From the IMG/VR virus record IMGVR_UViG_3300044461_000051, positions 737 through 64,736 of that record: 64,000 bases of DNA, one strand, 5' to 3'. Every line of letters starts with the position of its first letter. Position 1 is the first letter of the stretch. The notes under the pieces were generated by a model. The model did no database searches. It had not been told where the DNA came from and was given only the letters and a program-made list of their open reading frames with translations. A program made the translations under genes and the position numbers. Source of the DNA: a virus. This document shows, piece by piece, positions 62,288 to 64,000 of this stretch.

Positions 62288-64000
62288 CTACGCCTCGCCC
62301 CAGTTGGCGCCCGACAGCACCTGGACGCCGGAGTCACGACGGCGCTTCCAGTTCAGGCGTTGTTCAGCAAGAAACGCGACGCTGTTGGTCTGGAACATCG
62401 ACACCGACGTCGTTTCCGTCGGCGTCACACTGTCGCTCGTCGGCGCGTCGTCCATCTCCAACGAAGCGTGCTCCGAGGTCGCCACTGTGACACCGCCATC
62501 GTCCGCGTAGAAGACGTCCTGCGCGTTGATCAACACGACAATGTGCCCGCTCGTGTCCGCCGGGACGTAGTCCGACACGATGATGGGAAGCCCTTGCAGG
62601 CTGCCGCCGTTCATCGTGATGCCGCCGAACTCCGGCTGACCCAGCGCGTTCGTCATCAGCCCGAGCGCGATGGCCGTGTTCGAATTCATGATCCACACAC
62701 CGGAGCGCGGCGGGTTGTTCGCTGCACGAAACGCTGCGAGCAGTGCACGAATGTCGGTCCGCACGTCTGCAGCGTCGCCGGTTCCCGTTGCCCCGATCGG
62801 CGTGATGCCGTAGGTCACCGCGGGCGGCTCAACGGATGCGGTGCCCGCGTTGGTCGGATCGATGAACGACACGTCCTTGACCTGAATCAGCGACGCGCCC
62901 AGCTCGTTGCGCAACATCACGTCGGCCTTGGGCGAGCTGTCCATCAGCAGTTCTTTGGTCACCGCCGTCAGCGCCGCACACTTCAGCGGCTCCAACGTCG
63001 TGCGTGCGAAGGCACCCTTCGACATCGGCTTGGCCTTGCCCTCACCTACCCAGTGCCCGGTCAGGCCTGCGGTCATCGAGAGCAACGGCGTGCGGAAGGG
63101 CACTTCGTTTAGTGACGGAATGCCGCCCGTGCCGAATCGGCCAAGAATCGTTTGCGGGCGCAGGTACTCAGCGAAGTCCGCAACCGCGCCGGTCTCGTCA
63201 CCGACGAGTTCCATGCCCCAATTGCCGCCTGTGGAACTACCGCCGACCGACCCCGCCTCAACCGCTGTCTTGATGATCAACGGAACACGCGGATCGAGAC
63301 CAAAGCGGAACTTGCTCTTCTCCGCGAGCTGCATGGCAATGAACGGCATGCCCTTGGCGTGATACATCAGTCGCACGAACTGTGCGAACGCAACACCCTT
63401 GCGCGCCGGGTCCTCCTTGTGCTTCGGCTCAGCCGGCAACCCAGCACGAGCACGCGAACCCGCGGCCTGGCTCGTGATCGTGCGCGCGGGAACTTCGACA
63501 GCACCCAACGTCGCGCGCGCAATCGAGCGCTCGTCGTCGATCGAGGCATCCAGCTCACCGAGTTCCTTCTTCAGCGAGTCGAATTCCTTGACCTCCTCAG
63601 CCTGCAATTGCGAACGGTCCGAACCGCAGCCCGACCACAACTCTTTCATGCGCTCGGCGACCTCGTCGCGGCGCATCTGCAACTCTTGCAGCGTCCTCAT
63701 AATCGTCCCTTTCGGACGTTGTGCCGTAGCGCCGGCGGGGTTTGAGCCGTCTTGCGAGGTTCTAGCGTCATGGCCTAGCGCGGCCCGCCTTTGCCTTGCG
63801 TCAAACGACTTGTAAACAGCCTTCACGCTGTCGATCGTTGCCGCCGCGTTCATCGGGATGGGCACAAGCGACAGTTCCAAAACTTCAGCCTCGAGAAAAC
63901 GCAGACCGCCGCCCTTCAATTGTTCGACCTTGCCCGAGACTTCCTTGAAGCCAATGGATACGGCGGCAATCAATTTGTATTTGACGCGCTGCCAAGCCTC
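62288..64000 (-). CDS. Prohead protease / HK97-fold major capsid protein fusion (5' truncated)
   Basis: Frame open to the window edge; EAW..K..L..VSIGF and ELSLVPIP protease motifs, then coiled coil and capsid domain (GEGKAKP, D..F, L.GLP, FQTN...AE). Confidence 0.9.
   Translation of the reverse strand, partial: EAWQRVKYKLIAAVSIGFKEVSGKVEQLKGGGLRFLEAEVLELSLVPIPMNAAATIDSVKAVYKSFDARQRRAALGHDARTSQDGSNPAGATAQRPKGTIMRTLQELQMRRDEVAERMKELWSGCGSDRSQLQAEEVKEFDSLKKELGELDASIDDERSIARATLGAVEVPARTITSQAAGSRARAGLPAEPKHKEDPARKGVAFAQFVRLMYHAKGMPFIAMQLAEKSKFRFGLDPRVPLIIKTAVEAGSVGGSSTGGNWGMELVGDETGAVADFAEYLRPQTILGRFGTGGIPSLNEVPFRTPLLSMTAGLTGHWVGEGKAKPMSKGAFARTTLEPLKCAALTAVTKELLMDSSPKADVMLRNELGASLIQVKDVSFIDPTNAGTASVEPPAVTYGITPIGATGTGDAADVRTDIRALLAAFRAANNPPRSGVWIMNSNTAIALGLMTNALGQPEFGGITMNGGSLQGLPIIVSDYVPADTSGHIVVLINAQDVFYADDGGVTVATSEHASLEMDDAPTSDSVTPTETTSVSMFQTNSVAFLAEQRLNWKRRRDSGVQVLSGANWGEA

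Noticed and set aside
1-64000. Apparent bias toward CG/GC-rich palindromic tetramers, as a possible signature of the G modification
   Set aside because: Cannot be quantified by eye; needs a Markov-normalised k-mer analysis

Overview
The window is most of the genome of a GC-rich, long-tailed (siphovirus-type) dsDNA phage. A lipoprotein o-spanin, an i-spanin and a GH19 endolysin indicate a Gram-negative host. It has two convergent arms. The + arm (about 0.8-26.5 kb) carries replication genes (SNF2 helicase, SSB-like protein, AEP primase, two UvrD-like helicases), small early ORFs that share a repeated start-associated motif, a complete 7-deazaguanine DNA-modification operon (queE-queC-queD-folE-[Cys-cluster protein]-queF-dpdA), a beta-clamp-like protein, a family A DNA polymerase and a nuclease. 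The - arm (64 kb down to 26.5 kb) carries a protease/major-capsid fusion truncated by the window edge, an HK97 portal, a roughly 14 kb block of fibre/appendage-like genes (collagen, LamG, Ig-like, Gly-rich, 20-aa Ala/Ser repeat), head-tail joining genes, tail genes with a -1 frameshift chaperone, the tape measure, and a membrane-protein-rich lysis cassette. The most novel-looking element is a six-gene glycosylation module (two Maf/CstII-like, one KpsS-like and two GT9-like glycosyltransferases plus a SAM methyltransferase) interleaved with the neck genes next to a Ser/Thr-rich repeat protein, which suggests virion glycosylation. The second is a QueF-type (preQ1) DNA hypermodification pathway with a candidate Fe-S methyltransferase and a QueC that lacks its zinc cysteines. 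I found no integrase, repressor, tRNA, CRISPR array or terminase in the window. All family assignments come from motif recognition by eye; no database search was run.
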